DNA of 64,000 nt from Candidatus Levyibacteriota bacterium (GTDB taxonomy: Bacteria > Patescibacteriota > Microgenomatia > Levybacterales > UBA12049), in assembly GCA_963716145.1 (NCBI GenBank), contig OY970292.1, positions 1,029,404-1,093,403 on the forward strand, written 5' to 3'. Positions within the stretch are counted from its first letter, which is position 1, and each line of letters begins with the position of its first letter. This document shows, piece by piece, positions 10,192 to 19,702 of the stretch. The notes under the pieces are model-generated. The model was not told the DNA's origin. It worked only from the letters and a program-made list of their open reading frames with translations, and did not search any database. The translations under genes and the position numbers were made by a program.

Positions 10192-10557
10192 ATGATACGT
10201 GATGTTACAGATCTAGAAGTTTATAGCGAATCTTTAAGATTGCTCAAAAAACTTTATGAATTTCTAAAGAAACTGCCTAAATCTGAATATGATACTGTGA
10301 TTCAATGTAAGAAATGTGGCAAATCAATTCCCGCAAATACTGCCGAAGGTTGGGCAAAAAGATCTTCTGCTCCGGAGTTTAAAAGATTTCTAAAAATCGC
10401 AATTGGATCAAGCGATGAGTTAATAAGTCATTTGAGAACAGTTGCAATTGTAGTACCAAGATTATTTGATGAGGCAAAAGAATTGGCAGCAGAGTATAAA
10501 GTTTTATCGAAGAGATTAAATAGTCTTCATAAAATCTGGCAATCTGGTAAATTCTGA
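10192..10557 (+). CDS. Four-helix-bundle protein (TIGR02436-like, the family often found in 23S rRNA intervening sequences)
   Basis: DLEVYSESLRLLKKLYEF...NTAEGWAKRS...EFKRFLKIAIGSSDELISHL matches family motifs DLxVyq, NIAEG, FLxIAxGSxxEL. Confidence 0.65.
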   Translation: MIRDVTDLEVYSESLRLLKKLYEFLKKLPKSEYDTVIQCKKCGKSIPANTAEGWAKRSSAPEFKRFLKIAIGSSDELISHLRTVAIVVPRLFDEAKELAAEYKVLSKRLNSLHKIWQSGKF

Positions 10558-10605
10558 TATTCTGAGTATCTGGTTTACTGAGTAATCATCTGAGTTTTCT
10601 GAAAA

Positions 10606-10618
10606 TGTGTGCTATAAT
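10606..10618 (+). promoter_or_regulatory. Extended -10 promoter element (TGcTATAAT) upstream of RNase J
   Basis: The sequence gtgtgctataat lies about 22 nt before the rnj ATG. Confidence 0.4.
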
Positions 10619-10639
10619 GTTAATGACTATAAATAGCTA

Positions 10640-12364
10640 ATGCAAGACGAAAACAATAACCTTATTCCTCAATCATCTCCAGATTCAGTCTCATTTATTG
10701 CGCTTGGTGGTCTTGAAGACGTTACCCGCAATCTCTATGTATATGACTATAAAGACCAGATCCTGATCGTTGATTGCGGACTCGGATTTCCTGATGAGAC
10801 GATGCTGGGAGTTGATCTTCTTCTTCCCGATATTACTTATTTACTCGATATTATAAAAACAGGCAAGAAAAAGATCATCGGTATGGTTCTGACCCATGGT
10901 CATGAAGATCATATCGGCGGGACACCTTTTATACTCCCGCAACTAATGCCGATGGGACGGGATGATTTGAGATTTCCTATTTACGCGTCTCCTCTGACAG
11001 CAGCACTAACTAACGCCAAGCTCAAAGAATACAATCTGCCTTTTTCAGTCACAACTGTGAAGTTTACTGATCCTGAGGTCAAAATCGGACCATTTAGCGT
11101 TGACTTCATTCATGTCACGCATTCTGTTCCGGATAGCGCCAATTTTTTCATAAAGTCACCTGTTGGGAATTTCTTCCACGGCAGTGATTATAAATTTGAT
11201 CTGACACCGGCAAATGGGCAAAGATCTGATTTCATAAAAATCAACAAAGCAGCAGAGGAGGGAGTGCTAGCTCTTATATCTGATTGCCTGGGCTCTGACA
11301 GGCCGGGGCACACTAAATCAGAAGCGAATTTGGGGCGGAATTTTGAGCGGGCAATGCGCGAAGTGAACGGTAAATTTATTATCACAACTTATTCATCCAA
11401 TATCTCGCGTCTCAACCAGGCTATTCACGCAGCCGAAAAAGTTAATAGAAAAGTCTGTTTTGTAGGTAGGTCAGTTCTCAAAGTAAAAGAAATTGGGGCA
11501 AGCCTAGGTTACTTGAAAATAAAACCCGGAACAGAGGTTGATTTGCGGAATCTTCCCAAATTCAAAAGCAATCAATTAATGCTGGTCGTTGCCGGGTCAC
11601 AGGGGCAGGAAAATTCCGCACTCACAAGAATTGCAAATGGCGAGCATAAGGATGTCAGGATTGGCCCGGGGGACGCTGTTGTTTTTTCATCTGACACGAT
11701 TCCGGGAAATGAGGTAAATGTAAACGCACTCGTTGATGCAATTACCAAAAGAGGTGCACGCGTGATTGATTCAGATTCAAGCGGGTGGTTTCATGTTTCA
11801 GGACATGGTTCAAGCAGTGATCATGAACTTCTTGTCGCTCTCACAAAGCCAAAATATCTTCTCCCGATAAGCGGAACGTACCGTCATATGGGCTATTACA
11901 AGACAATGGCCGAAGGTATGGGATATGAAAAAAAGAATATATTGTTGGTTGAGAATGGACAAGAGGTCAGGTTTGGCAATGGTTTTGCAAAATTGGGAAG
12001 CAAAATAGGAATCAGGAATATATATGTTGATCAGGTATCTGGTGAGGAAGTAGATAATTTCGTCATCCGCGACCGTGAGAGGTTGGCAAAAGAAGGAATT
12101 GTAATAATTATGGCTGAGATTAGAGCGCAAGACGGACAATTGGCTGAAAAGCCGATTATAGTCGCGCGCGGTTCCTCACTGGTTGATTCCAAAGAGATTA
12201 CTGATTCATTGACTTCAGAGCTTGAGAAAGCTCTAGCTCCGAACAAAGCAAGAGTTACCAACTGGGTTCATTTGAGGCGTTTGGTCAGCGAAACAGCCCA
12301 AAAACACTTATTCAAAAAATTCCGCACCCGCCCCCTCATCATGCCTGTGGTAATTGAAGTATAG
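10640..12364 (+). CDS. rnj: Ribonuclease J (metallo-beta-lactamase / beta-CASP)
   Basis: HGHEDHIGG motif, 574 aa, beta-CASP region, C-terminal domain. Confidence 0.85.
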   Translation: MQDENNNLIPQSSPDSVSFIALGGLEDVTRNLYVYDYKDQILIVDCGLGFPDETMLGVDLLLPDITYLLDIIKTGKKKIIGMVLTHGHEDHIGGTPFILPQLMPMGRDDLRFPIYASPLTAALTNAKLKEYNLPFSVTTVKFTDPEVKIGPFSVDFIHVTHSVPDSANFFIKSPVGNFFHGSDYKFDLTPANGQRSDFIKINKAAEEGVLALISDCLGSDRPGHTKSEANLGRNFERAMREVNGKFIITTYSSNISRLNQAIHAAEKVNRKVCFVGRSVLKVKEIGASLGYLKIKPGTEVDLRNLPKFKSNQLMLVVAGSQGQENSALTRIANGEHKDVRIGPGDAVVFSSDTIPGNEVNVNALVDAITKRGARVIDSDSSGWFHVSGHGSSSDHELLVALTKPKYLLPISGTYRHMGYYKTMAEGMGYEKKNILLVENGQEVRFGNGFAKLGSKIGIRNIYVDQVSGEEVDNFVIRDRERLAKEGIVIIMAEIRAQDGQLAEKPIIVARGSSLVDSKEITDSLTSELEKALAPNKARVTNWVHLRRLVSETAQKHLFKKFRTRPLIMPVVIEV

Positions 12365-12377
12365 TTGGTTATAAAGC

Positions 12378-12406
12378 TTGACAACTATAGGACTTTGTGC
12401 TATAAT
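12378..12406 (+). promoter_or_regulatory. Near-consensus sigma70 promoter (TTGACA-17-TATAAT)
   Basis: ttgaca at 12378-12383, a 17-nt spacer, then tataat at 12401-12406. Confidence 0.55.
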
Positions 12407-12700
12407 TGAAACTCATGGCAAGAGAAAGACCCGATCCGCGTTTTATCCTAGAAGCAGCGAATGCAAATCCAAGAGAACGATCCGTAAAGTCTCATCCCGC
12501 ATTAGACGCTCTTTTATATGGTCAGAGAAGGGTGGACAGTACCGAGCGTTTGGCAAGACTTCCTGTCGGTTACACTGGGCCAGCAAAATTAAGATCCTCA
12601 AAAGGCGAGAATCATATTCCCGTATGGGTAGAAGGACCCTTGGAGAATTCGATGGAAAACCACATGTATCTCTTCGGTTGAATACATCCAAAAGAAAGAA
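12407..12700 (+). ncRNA. Candidate structured non-coding transcript of unknown family between rnj and ftsK
   Basis: About 500 nt with no convincing ORF in an otherwise compact genome. Driven by a consensus promoter. Locally GC-enriched (gacccgatccgcg, gggtggacagtaccgagcg). The overlapping ORFs (91 aa, 157 aa) translate to non-protein-like sequences. No match by eye to RNase P, tmRNA, SRP, 6S or T-box signatures. Confidence 0.25.
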
Positions 12701-12869
12701 TAGGCTTGAGGGTGGAGTTCCAACTGAGGAGGTGGGAATAGATTTTGCTACACTATCTCAGCTTAGAGCAGAGGAAGCTCAGTTTAAGGCAGCGGAAAAA
12801 AGACGCAGAAGAGAGGAGAGAAACCGAAAAAATTTGTCATCTAAGAACTAAAGCCGTATAATAATATTT

Positions 12870-14999
12870 ATGCCCAAGAGACGACGCAGTAGCGGTAGAC
12901 GCAGGAAACCATTCAAGCTAAAACTAAAAACAAAAACAATCTATACTATTTTTGGGATAGGCTTTTTTCTCCTTGGTATTTTTTTACTTCTCGCATTCAT
13001 AAAGCCAGCAGATTCAACCTCAATCTTGACAAGTCAGCTCAATGAAAAATTCGGATCAGGAGCAGTCTTAACGCCACTTATTTTTATATTATTGGGATTT
13101 CTATTCTTGCATCTTAAATTCTATCTATCCCGTATAAATGTAACTATCGGATCTCTACTTCTTTTTATATCCTACATTAGTCTGACAAGAAGCGGAACTG
13201 TAGGAAGCGGTATATTTGCAATCCTTTCAGAAATTTTGGGCAATGCCGGTTCGTACATGGTTTTTATTGCAGGAATTCTTGTAGGAGTTATTGTTTCTTT
13301 GGATACTTCAATTGATGAGATGCTTAGTTTGGTTGCTAGTATTTTTCGCACTCTTAATAAGCTCATCCCCAGAAAACTTTTTGCCTCTTTGAAAGGCGGG
13401 AAGAAGCCTATTTTTGACAGGAATAAACCAATGACCATAAAAGGCGGTAAGGGAGCAGAGGAGCAGTTACCTGCTAAGATTAATTCTCCTCCGGTAATTA
13501 ATAAAAAAGAAGTTGAATTACTTCCCCAAACCCTTGTTAGCAATGTTTTGGGTGGAGACGCGCCGGGAGTTTGGGAATATCCGCCTATCTCACTTTTGTC
13601 TGAGGAACCCGGGAAAAAGGCTGAGCGGGGAGATATCAAGGAAATTGCCGGGACAATTGAAAAAACTCTTGATAGCTTTGGTATTGCTGCTCGTGTTTCT
13701 GAGGTTAATTTGGGCCCTGCCGTAACGCAATACGCATTAGAAATAGCACAGGGTACAAAAATCTCTAAAGTAACATCCCTTAGTAATGATTTGGCCCTTG
13801 CAACCGAGGCTCCTGGAGGACAAATTAGAATCGAAGCCCCAATACCTGGCCGTAACCTTATCGGTATTGAGATTCCAAATAAATCACTTGAGGTTGTAAC
13901 TCTTCGCACAATGCTTGCATCCGCTGCTATGCAAAAATCAAAATCCAAACTTACCGTTGCATTGGGTCTTGATGTTTCAGGAAATCCGATTGCGGTTGAT
14001 CTTGCAAAAATGCCTCACGTTCTTGTTGCCGGAACTACCGGTTCGGGAAAGTCGGTTCTTATTAATTCATTTATATCATCATTGTTGTTCAGAGCTTCGC
14101 CTCAGGAAGTGCGTCTTATTCTGATTGATCCAAAAAGGGTTGAGTTTACAGGGTACAATGGGATTCCACACCTATTAACTCCTGTGATTGTTGAGTCAGA
14201 CAAGATTCTTTCTGCTCTGAAATGGGCAATGGGGGAGATGGATAAAAGATATAAAATTTTTGCCGAACGTGGAGTAAGGAATATTGATTCATACAATGAG
14301 CTTTCAGGTTTTCAAGCACTTCCATATATAGTGATATTTATTGATGAACTTGCTGATCTGATGATGTTTGCACCGGTTGAGGTAGAGGATGCTATAGCGC
14401 GTCTTGCTCAGATGGCGCGTGCTACGGGAATTCACTTGGTGATTGCAACACAGAGGCCATCGGTTAACGTCATCACGGGGCTTATAAAGGCCAATGTTCC
14501 CTGCCGGATAGCTTTCAGCGTTTCTTCTATGATTGATTCACGTGTCATAATTGATTCTCCAGGCGCTGAGAAACTATTGGGACGGGGAGACATGCTCTAT
14601 ATTCCACCTGACCAGGCAAAGCCAACCCGTATTCAAGGGGCATATATTGAAAAAGAAATCAAAAAACTGGTTGATTTTCTTAAATCCAAAAACTATCCGG
14701 TTGAATATACCGAGGAAGTCACCAGTCAGCCTCTTGTAATTAAAAAAGGAGGAAGTATTGCTTCCGAGGGGAAAGATGGTGAGCTGGAAGAGGCAATACG
14801 GGTTGTTTGTCAGTTCAATACTGCCAGTGCATCGTTTTTGCAGCGAAAAATGTCAATTGGCTACGCAAAGGCTGCCCGTATTCTTGATCAGCTTGAGGAA
14901 ATGGGAATTGTAGGAACGGCAGAGGGATCAAAACCACGGGATGTGTTGGTAAGAAATGCCGAGGAGTTTCTTGCTTCGCAGCAAACGGGAGGACAATAA
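12870..14999 (+). CDS. ftsK: DNA translocase FtsK/SpoIIIE
   Basis: N-terminal TM helices. Walker A VLVAGTTGSGKSV, Walker B IVIFIDELADLMM, HLVIATQRPSVNVITG. C-terminal gamma winged-helix (ASFLQRKMSIGYAKAARILDQLEEMGIV). Confidence 0.85.
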   Translation: MPKRRRSSGRRRKPFKLKLKTKTIYTIFGIGFFLLGIFLLLAFIKPADSTSILTSQLNEKFGSGAVLTPLIFILLGFLFLHLKFYLSRINVTIGSLLLFISYISLTRSGTVGSGIFAILSEILGNAGSYMVFIAGILVGVIVSLDTSIDEMLSLVASIFRTLNKLIPRKLFASLKGGKKPIFDRNKPMTIKGGKGAEEQLPAKINSPPVINKKEVELLPQTLVSNVLGGDAPGVWEYPPISLLSEEPGKKAERGDIKEIAGTIEKTLDSFGIAARVSEVNLGPAVTQYALEIAQGTKISKVTSLSNDLALATEAPGGQIRIEAPIPGRNLIGIEIPNKSLEVVTLRTMLASAAMQKSKSKLTVALGLDVSGNPIAVDLAKMPHVLVAGTTGSGKSVLINSFISSLLFRASPQEVRLILIDPKRVEFTGYNGIPHLLTPVIVESDKILSALKWAMGEMDKRYKIFAERGVRNIDSYNELSGFQALPYIVIFIDELADLMMFAPVEVEDAIARLAQMARATGIHLVIATQRPSVNVITGLIKANVPCRIAFSVSSMIDSRVIIDSPGAEKLLGRGDMLYIPPDQAKPTRIQGAYIEKEIKKLVDFLKSKNYPVEYTEEVTSQPLVIKKGGSIASEGKDGELEEAIRVVCQFNTASASFLQRKMSIGYAKAARILDQLEEMGIVGTAEGSKPRDVLVRNAEEFLASQQTGGQ

Positions 15000-15110
15000 A
15001 ATTTTCAATTTGAAATTTGCAATTTTCATTCAAATATAAATGTTTAAAAATTTAAATTTAAAACATTAAAAATTCATTTCAAATTTTAAATTGAGAATTG
15101 AAAATTATTT
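15000..15110. repeat. Palindromic intergenic repeat element, copy 1 (~110 bp)
   Basis: aattttcaatttgaaatttgcaattttcattcaaa ... aaatgtttaaaaatttaaatttaaaacatt ... ttcatttcaaattttaaattgagaattgaaaatt. The ends are inverted (aattttcaatt / aattgaaaatt) and the centre is self-complementary. Confidence 0.7.
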
Positions 15111-15737
15111 ATGGTAAAGCTTGGGCAAAAGTTAAAAGATGCAAGGATTCAACGCAAACTAAGTATTGAAGAAGTTGCAATCGCTACTAAAATAAAACCT
15201 CAATTTCTCTTCGCGATTGAAAGAGACGCATACGATGAGCTTCCATCTCCGGCTTACGCTCAGGGATTTGTCAGAAATTATGCTGAATATCTCGGGCTCC
15301 CCAAAATACAAACAACAGCCCTTTTCAAAAGAGATTTTGATGAGAAAAGAGCAATGAAAGTGCTGCCTGATGGAATGACAAGCTCAGGAGATTTTCCATT
15401 AAAAAGAATTAACATAAGAAGAGCATTTATTGGGATAATTGCATTTTTAATGCTTCTGGGTTTTTTCCTTTTTCAAACCCGCGATATGTTCATTGCCCCC
15501 TCAATTTATATTAAATCGCCTAAAGAAGGTAGTATAGTTAAGCAAGATATTGAAGTTGTTGGTAAAACCGATGGCAACGCAATAGTTACGGTTAACAATG
15601 ATCCGGTTTTCGTAAAGAGTAACGGGGAATTTGTTAAAAAAATTACCCTTTTCCCAGGCGAAACAAGCATCATCATAAAGGCCAAAAATAGGTCAGGCAG
15701 AGAAAATAATCAAACCATAAGTCTCACAGTCAGATAG
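15111..15737 (+). CDS. RodZ-like HTH (Xre-type) membrane protein
   Basis: N-terminal HTH with LSIEEVAIATKIKPQFLFAIERD and AYAQGFVRNYAEYLGL (a RodZ hallmark), a single TM helix, and a C-terminal beta domain. Confidence 0.55.
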   Translation: MVKLGQKLKDARIQRKLSIEEVAIATKIKPQFLFAIERDAYDELPSPAYAQGFVRNYAEYLGLPKIQTTALFKRDFDEKRAMKVLPDGMTSSGDFPLKRINIRRAFIGIIAFLMLLGFFLFQTRDMFIAPSIYIKSPKEGSIVKQDIEVVGKTDGNAIVTVNNDPVFVKSNGEFVKKITLFPGETSIIIKAKNRSGRENNQTISLTVR

Positions 15738-15822
15738 TAAGCATTTTGTTCCAGAAAGAATACAATTGATTCAAATTGTTTTGCTTGACACTGCTGTTTT
15801 CATACTGTAACGTATATAGACC

Positions 15823-16113
15823 ATGGTAGATCCTGTCCAAATAATTCTTTTAGCGGTTATTGTTATTCTCAGTATTCTCCTCGTCGTTTTGGGAATACAA
15901 GTTTTTTTCATTCTTCAGGAAGTTAGGGTTACCGTTAAAAAAGCTAATAAAATATTGGATAGAGCGGATTCTATAACAGAAAATATTGAAGAACCTCTTT
16001 CGGCGATCTCCTCATTAGTTTTGGGAATAAAAGCAGGCTCATTTGTGACAGTTGCTAAGTATGTGAAGAATTTTTTGGGACGAGATAAGGAAGAAAAGAA
16101 AGATAAGGATTAA
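15823..16113 (+). CDS. DUF948 (YtxG-like) small membrane protein
   Basis: N-terminal TM followed by a coiled-coil-like VRVTVKKANKILDRADSITENIEEP, typical of DUF948. Confidence 0.4.
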   Translation: MVDPVQIILLAVIVILSILLVVLGIQVFFILQEVRVTVKKANKILDRADSITENIEEPLSAISSLVLGIKAGSFVTVAKYVKNFLGRDKEEKKDKD

Positions 16114-16212
16114 TTTTCAATTTGAAATTTTCAATTTTCATTGAAAGACAAAGGTTTAAAAATTTAAATTTAATACATTAAATATTCATTTCAAATTGAG
16201 AATTGAAAATTT
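16114..16212. repeat. Palindromic intergenic repeat element, copy 2
   Basis: taattttcaatttgaaattttcaattttcattgaaa...tttaaaaatttaaatttaatacatt...ttcatttcaaattgagaattgaaaat; more than 85% identical to copy 1. Confidence 0.7.
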
Positions 16213-16548
16213 TTGGCTATGGAACATAAAAACAATCACAACTCATCAGGAAATAGTTTTTTGTTGGGCGTTATTGTAGGCGGTATTGCGACACTTCTTT
16301 TTACCACAAAAAAGGGTAGGGAGATTGCAAGGGATTTGGCTGAAAAGGGACTCCAAAAATTCTCAGAACTTCAGGATAATATGGATGAGGCAATTGTGGC
16401 AGAGGAAGTTGAAGAAAATGACTACATAGAACCTGTTAAAATGGAGCCAGTTAAGTTGGCGAAAGAAGCAAGGCCGAATAAGGTTCCTGTGCAACCAAAG
16501 CCCAGTACAGCAGTTAAAAGATTTTTTAGATTGAAGAAGAAAAACTAG
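16213..16548 (+). CDS. YtxH-like membrane protein
   Basis: FLLGVIVGGIATLLFTTKKGREIARDLAEKG matches the YtxH N-terminal pattern (GxxxGxxxGLLFAPKSGKExR). Confidence 0.45.
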   Translation: MAMEHKNNHNSSGNSFLLGVIVGGIATLLFTTKKGREIARDLAEKGLQKFSELQDNMDEAIVAEEVEENDYIEPVKMEPVKLAKEARPNKVPVQPKPSTAVKRFFRLKKKN

Positions 16549-17504
16549 AGACCGTATTTTTTTATTAAGGCTTCATGTTCTGTAAATGTTTTCGCGTAAT
16601 GATTAATTCCTTGTTTGTCTGAAATATAAAAGAGGTAATTTGTTTGAGAAGGATTAGCAACTGCATTTAAGACCTCAGCGCCAGGGTTGGAAATAGGACC
16701 GGGTGGAAGTCCGGGATTTTCGTATGTATTATACGTTGAATTAATTTTAAGATCATCAAAGGTTAGTTCTTTTTTCCACCAAGTTCTTCCAATCGGTTGG
16801 TAACCAAGAGCATACTGGACAGTTGCGTCAATTTGAAGCGGCATTCCTTCTTTTAAGCGATTCAGCATAACTGAGGCAACAAGCGGGCGGTCTTCTGCAT
16901 GTTTTGCTTCCCTCTCAACTATAGATGCAAGTATAACTATTTGTTCTTTTGATAATCTATTTTGATTACTGATTTTAATACTATTATATTTTTTCTCAAA
17001 ATTGATCTTCATAGCTTCTATAATCTGCTCAATTGTTACATCTTTTGGAAATGAGTATGTGTCGGGAAAAAGATAACCTTCATTTAGAATTAGTTTACCC
17101 CGCCAGCTATCCTGGTAAGTTGGAAGCCTGTCTCTTAATGTATCTGCTATTTCCTGTGCTCTTTTCCCTTCGGGAATCACAATATGTACATCGGAAGTTC
17201 CAACTTGAAGAGCTTTGGCTATATCAACAGCCTTCATTGAAGGAGAAAGAAAAAAGTCTCCGGCTTGAATTTTTTGATCAAGCCCAAGCCTTTTAACAAG
17301 AATGAAAAAGATGACAGGATCTTTTATCAACCCTTCTGACTTTAGAGCGTTAGCAATTTCCCGAACATTTTCACCCCTTTTTATGCTAAAAGTTTTTTGA
17401 TTTTTATTTGATATGTCAACTGCAGCAGTTGCATTAACCCACCAGGCGAGGATGCCTCCAAGAATCAAAATAAAAAATACAATTATAAAAGAAATTTTTT
17501 TCAT
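16545..17504 (-). CDS. mltG: Endolytic murein transglycosylase MltG (YceG family)
   Basis: Signal/TM, LQIDATVQYALGY, YNTYENPGLPPGPISNPG hallmarks. Confidence 0.85.
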   Translation of the reverse strand: MKKISFIIVFFILILGGILAWWVNATAAVDISNKNQKTFSIKRGENVREIANALKSEGLIKDPVIFFILVKRLGLDQKIQAGDFFLSPSMKAVDIAKALQVGTSDVHIVIPEGKRAQEIADTLRDRLPTYQDSWRGKLILNEGYLFPDTYSFPKDVTIEQIIEAMKINFEKKYNSIKISNQNRLSKEQIVILASIVEREAKHAEDRPLVASVMLNRLKEGMPLQIDATVQYALGYQPIGRTWWKKELTFDDLKINSTYNTYENPGLPPGPISNPGAEVLNAVANPSQTNYLFYISDKQGINHYAKTFTEHEALIKKYGL

Positions 17505-17511
17505 AAGTTAA

Positions 17512-18786
17512 TTAATGTTCTAAGATGGGAAAATGGTCCAATGACGCAACGGCCTCTTTAAGATTATAGACGCTTTCACTATAAAGAGTGTACATTGGTT
17601 CTCCTATTATAATTTCTTCACCTATTTTTTTATTAAGATATATACCGCTTTTTTTCTGAGCAGGTGCACCGAGAATTTTGGCAACTGCAGTAATATATCT
17701 GCTATCAATCTTCTTAACAACTGTGTTTTTCTTAGAAAGAATTACATGAGAATGCTTGCCTGGTTTCATAACATCACTCATTATACCAGAATCACCACCT
17801 TGGGCTCTAATAATCTCTTTCATCTTCAAATGCGCATGCCCACTTGCTAAAATATACTCAGCCCACTTGCGTCCGCTGCCGAACTCTTGCTTAATCCTGC
17901 TTTTTAAGGAATTTGCTGAATCTTCTAGGCAAAGATCAAGAAGTGCTCCAGCGAGACTTAGAGCTTTTTGTTCGAGGTCCATAGCTCGACCTGTGTTTTG
18001 CTCAAGAACCATCAGAGCATCACGTGATTCAAGAAGTGGTCCAATTCCACGGCCTGCTGGTTGTTCTGTGTTGTGAATCAAAACTTTAATTTTGACATTA
18101 AATTTATTTGCCAGATACTCAAATTTTCTTTTGACCTCTTCGGCATCATGAACAGAATGTACTTTAACATGTTCACCGTATGGTAAGTCAATTACAATGT
18201 GATTAGAACCAAAAGCAACCTTTTTAGCCATAATTGAAACCAAAATTTTATCAAAGCTTTCAAGACCAAGCGGTTCCTCAACTTTTATCAACTCATCATC
18301 CGCCGGGGCAATATCAACTCCTCCTCCCCAAACAATACATGCATTGGTTTTTTCAACGATTTTATATATCTGCGCTTTGTTAAAAGTAACTGGTGCTATA
18401 ACCTCCATGTCATCTGCTGTTCCGCCAGGAGTTGTGATAGCGCGAGACGAACTTTTGGGGATTGTAAATCCGGCTGCCGCAACAATCGGCACAACTATCA
18501 TGGTGGTACGGGTCCCTGGAACACCACCGATTGAATGCTTATCGGCAACAAGGCCTTTAAATTTGAGCGTTTCTCCGGTATTGATCATTGCCTCTGTTAG
18601 AAAATAGAGCTCTTCATTGCTAAAGCCTTGAGCGTAACCTGAAGCAGCGAAGTAAGTCGTGAGTACTGTTCCTAGGCGATGGTGGCTGATCTCATCCATG
18701 ATTGCAAAAATTTGTTGGTAGTTTAGTCTCTTTCCAGCCAATTTGGTTTGAATGGCTGCGATAGCGGTTGATTCGGTCATAGTCAT
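17512..18786 (-). CDS. Thymidine/pyrimidine-nucleoside phosphorylase family protein (possibly an AMP phosphorylase-like DeoA)
   Basis: DKHSIGGVPGTRTTMIVVPIVAAAG matches the DKHSTGGVGD phosphate-binding core. 424 aa fits the type II nucleoside phosphorylase fold. Confidence 0.6.
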   Translation of the reverse strand: MTMTESTAIAAIQTKLAGKRLNYQQIFAIMDEISHHRLGTVLTTYFAASGYAQGFSNEELYFLTEAMINTGETLKFKGLVADKHSIGGVPGTRTTMIVVPIVAAAGFTIPKSSSRAITTPGGTADDMEVIAPVTFNKAQIYKIVEKTNACIVWGGGVDIAPADDELIKVEEPLGLESFDKILVSIMAKKVAFGSNHIVIDLPYGEHVKVHSVHDAEEVKRKFEYLANKFNVKIKVLIHNTEQPAGRGIGPLLESRDALMVLEQNTGRAMDLEQKALSLAGALLDLCLEDSANSLKSRIKQEFGSGRKWAEYILASGHAHLKMKEIIRAQGGDSGIMSDVMKPGKHSHVILSKKNTVVKKIDSRYITAVAKILGAPAQKKSGIYLNKKIGEEIIIGEPMYTLYSESVYNLKEAVASLDHFPILEH

Positions 18787-18970
18787 TCGCCTTTGATCAT
18801 TTGTTTTGCGTATTTGAAAAATGTTTTTATAAGACTAAGGATAAGATAGAAAATAGAATTAAGGATCTTATTAATGTATGGCCAAAGCTGCTTCATTATT
18901 ACAATGAAACGTGATTGTTGCTGATTTTCATTCATAATTTTTGATCAGTCCTAATATTATAAACTCATTA

Positions 18971-19702
18971 TTACGACGAGTTAAGGCGTGCTTTGATTAC
19001 TAATCTTTTCCAAGTCGTACCCGGAGGGGTGCAAGTTACAATATCAAGATAACTTGCGTCATATTTTTGCGCGAGATATGAAGTATCCTCAGGGTCGGTT
19101 ATTAACATATCTGAGATTTTATAAGTATACAAAGTATTGTTGGAACTGACGATAATGTTATCGCCAATTTTAAGTTGATGAATATTGGCAAAAATGGTTT
19201 TATAATTTTTGCTGTCATAAAGTTGAGGTAAAGTTGAATGACCAAATATAGCGGATGTTCCCTTATTTGGGGGAATAGCTGTCCCCGGAAAGTGGACAAG
19301 GTGAGAACTCAAGTCTGTATCAACGGTTGATACAATAGCATTTTCTATCTTTAATTTTGGGATAGAAACAAAGTAAGAAGATAAATTCTCAGCAACAACT
19401 GCATCTTTGTATGTGGGCGGTAGCCAGTTGGAAGCATTATTATAGTCAACGCCTGAGAGCGTATTGGTAGTATTGGTTATAAGATTGTGTAAATAATCTT
19501 TGGTGATAATTGTGTTATTTGGGATTGGAGAAGCGTACGATTTGGTTGAGAATTCAGGACTCAGATAAATCTCCCATGATAATAGCGGAAAAAATATATA
19601 TAGCCCAATAAACAAACCGCTTAGCGATATGCTAAGTCCCAGAAAGCGGATCATCTTTTTGACATTTTTTTTCTTTGTTTTTTTGTAAACAGGATTACTC
19701 AT
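18971..19702 (-). CDS. Sortase-family transpeptidase (predicted)
   Basis: N-terminal TM anchor. AIFGHSTL (His), LDIVTCTPPGT (TLxTC Cys), and a downstream Arg (WKRLVIKARL). Overlaps the upstream gene by 8 nt. Confidence 0.5.
   Translation of the reverse strand: MSNPVYKKTKKKNVKKMIRFLGLSISLSGLFIGLYIFFPLLSWEIYLSPEFSTKSYASPIPNNTIITKDYLHNLITNTTNTLSGVDYNNASNWLPPTYKDAVVAENLSSYFVSIPKLKIENAIVSTVDTDLSSHLVHFPGTAIPPNKGTSAIFGHSTLPQLYDSKNYKTIFANIHQLKIGDNIIVSSNNTLYTYKISDMLITDPEDTSYLAQKYDASYLDIVTCTPPGTTWKRLVIKARLNSS

Noticed and set aside
10192-10557. Four-helix-bundle gene as a marker of a 23S rRNA intervening sequence
   Set aside because: No rRNA sequence flanks it. It sits between gnd and rnj as a free-standing gene.
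12407-12700. T-box leader, RNase P RNA, tmRNA, SRP or 5S assignments for the rnj-ftsK non-coding region
   Set aside because: Only a loose GGGUGG..UACCG resemblance to the T-box motif, and the downstream gene is ftsK, not an aaRS. No P4 (GGAAAGUCCGG), no SRP domain IV, no 5S loop E, and no tRNA-like domain could be found by eye.
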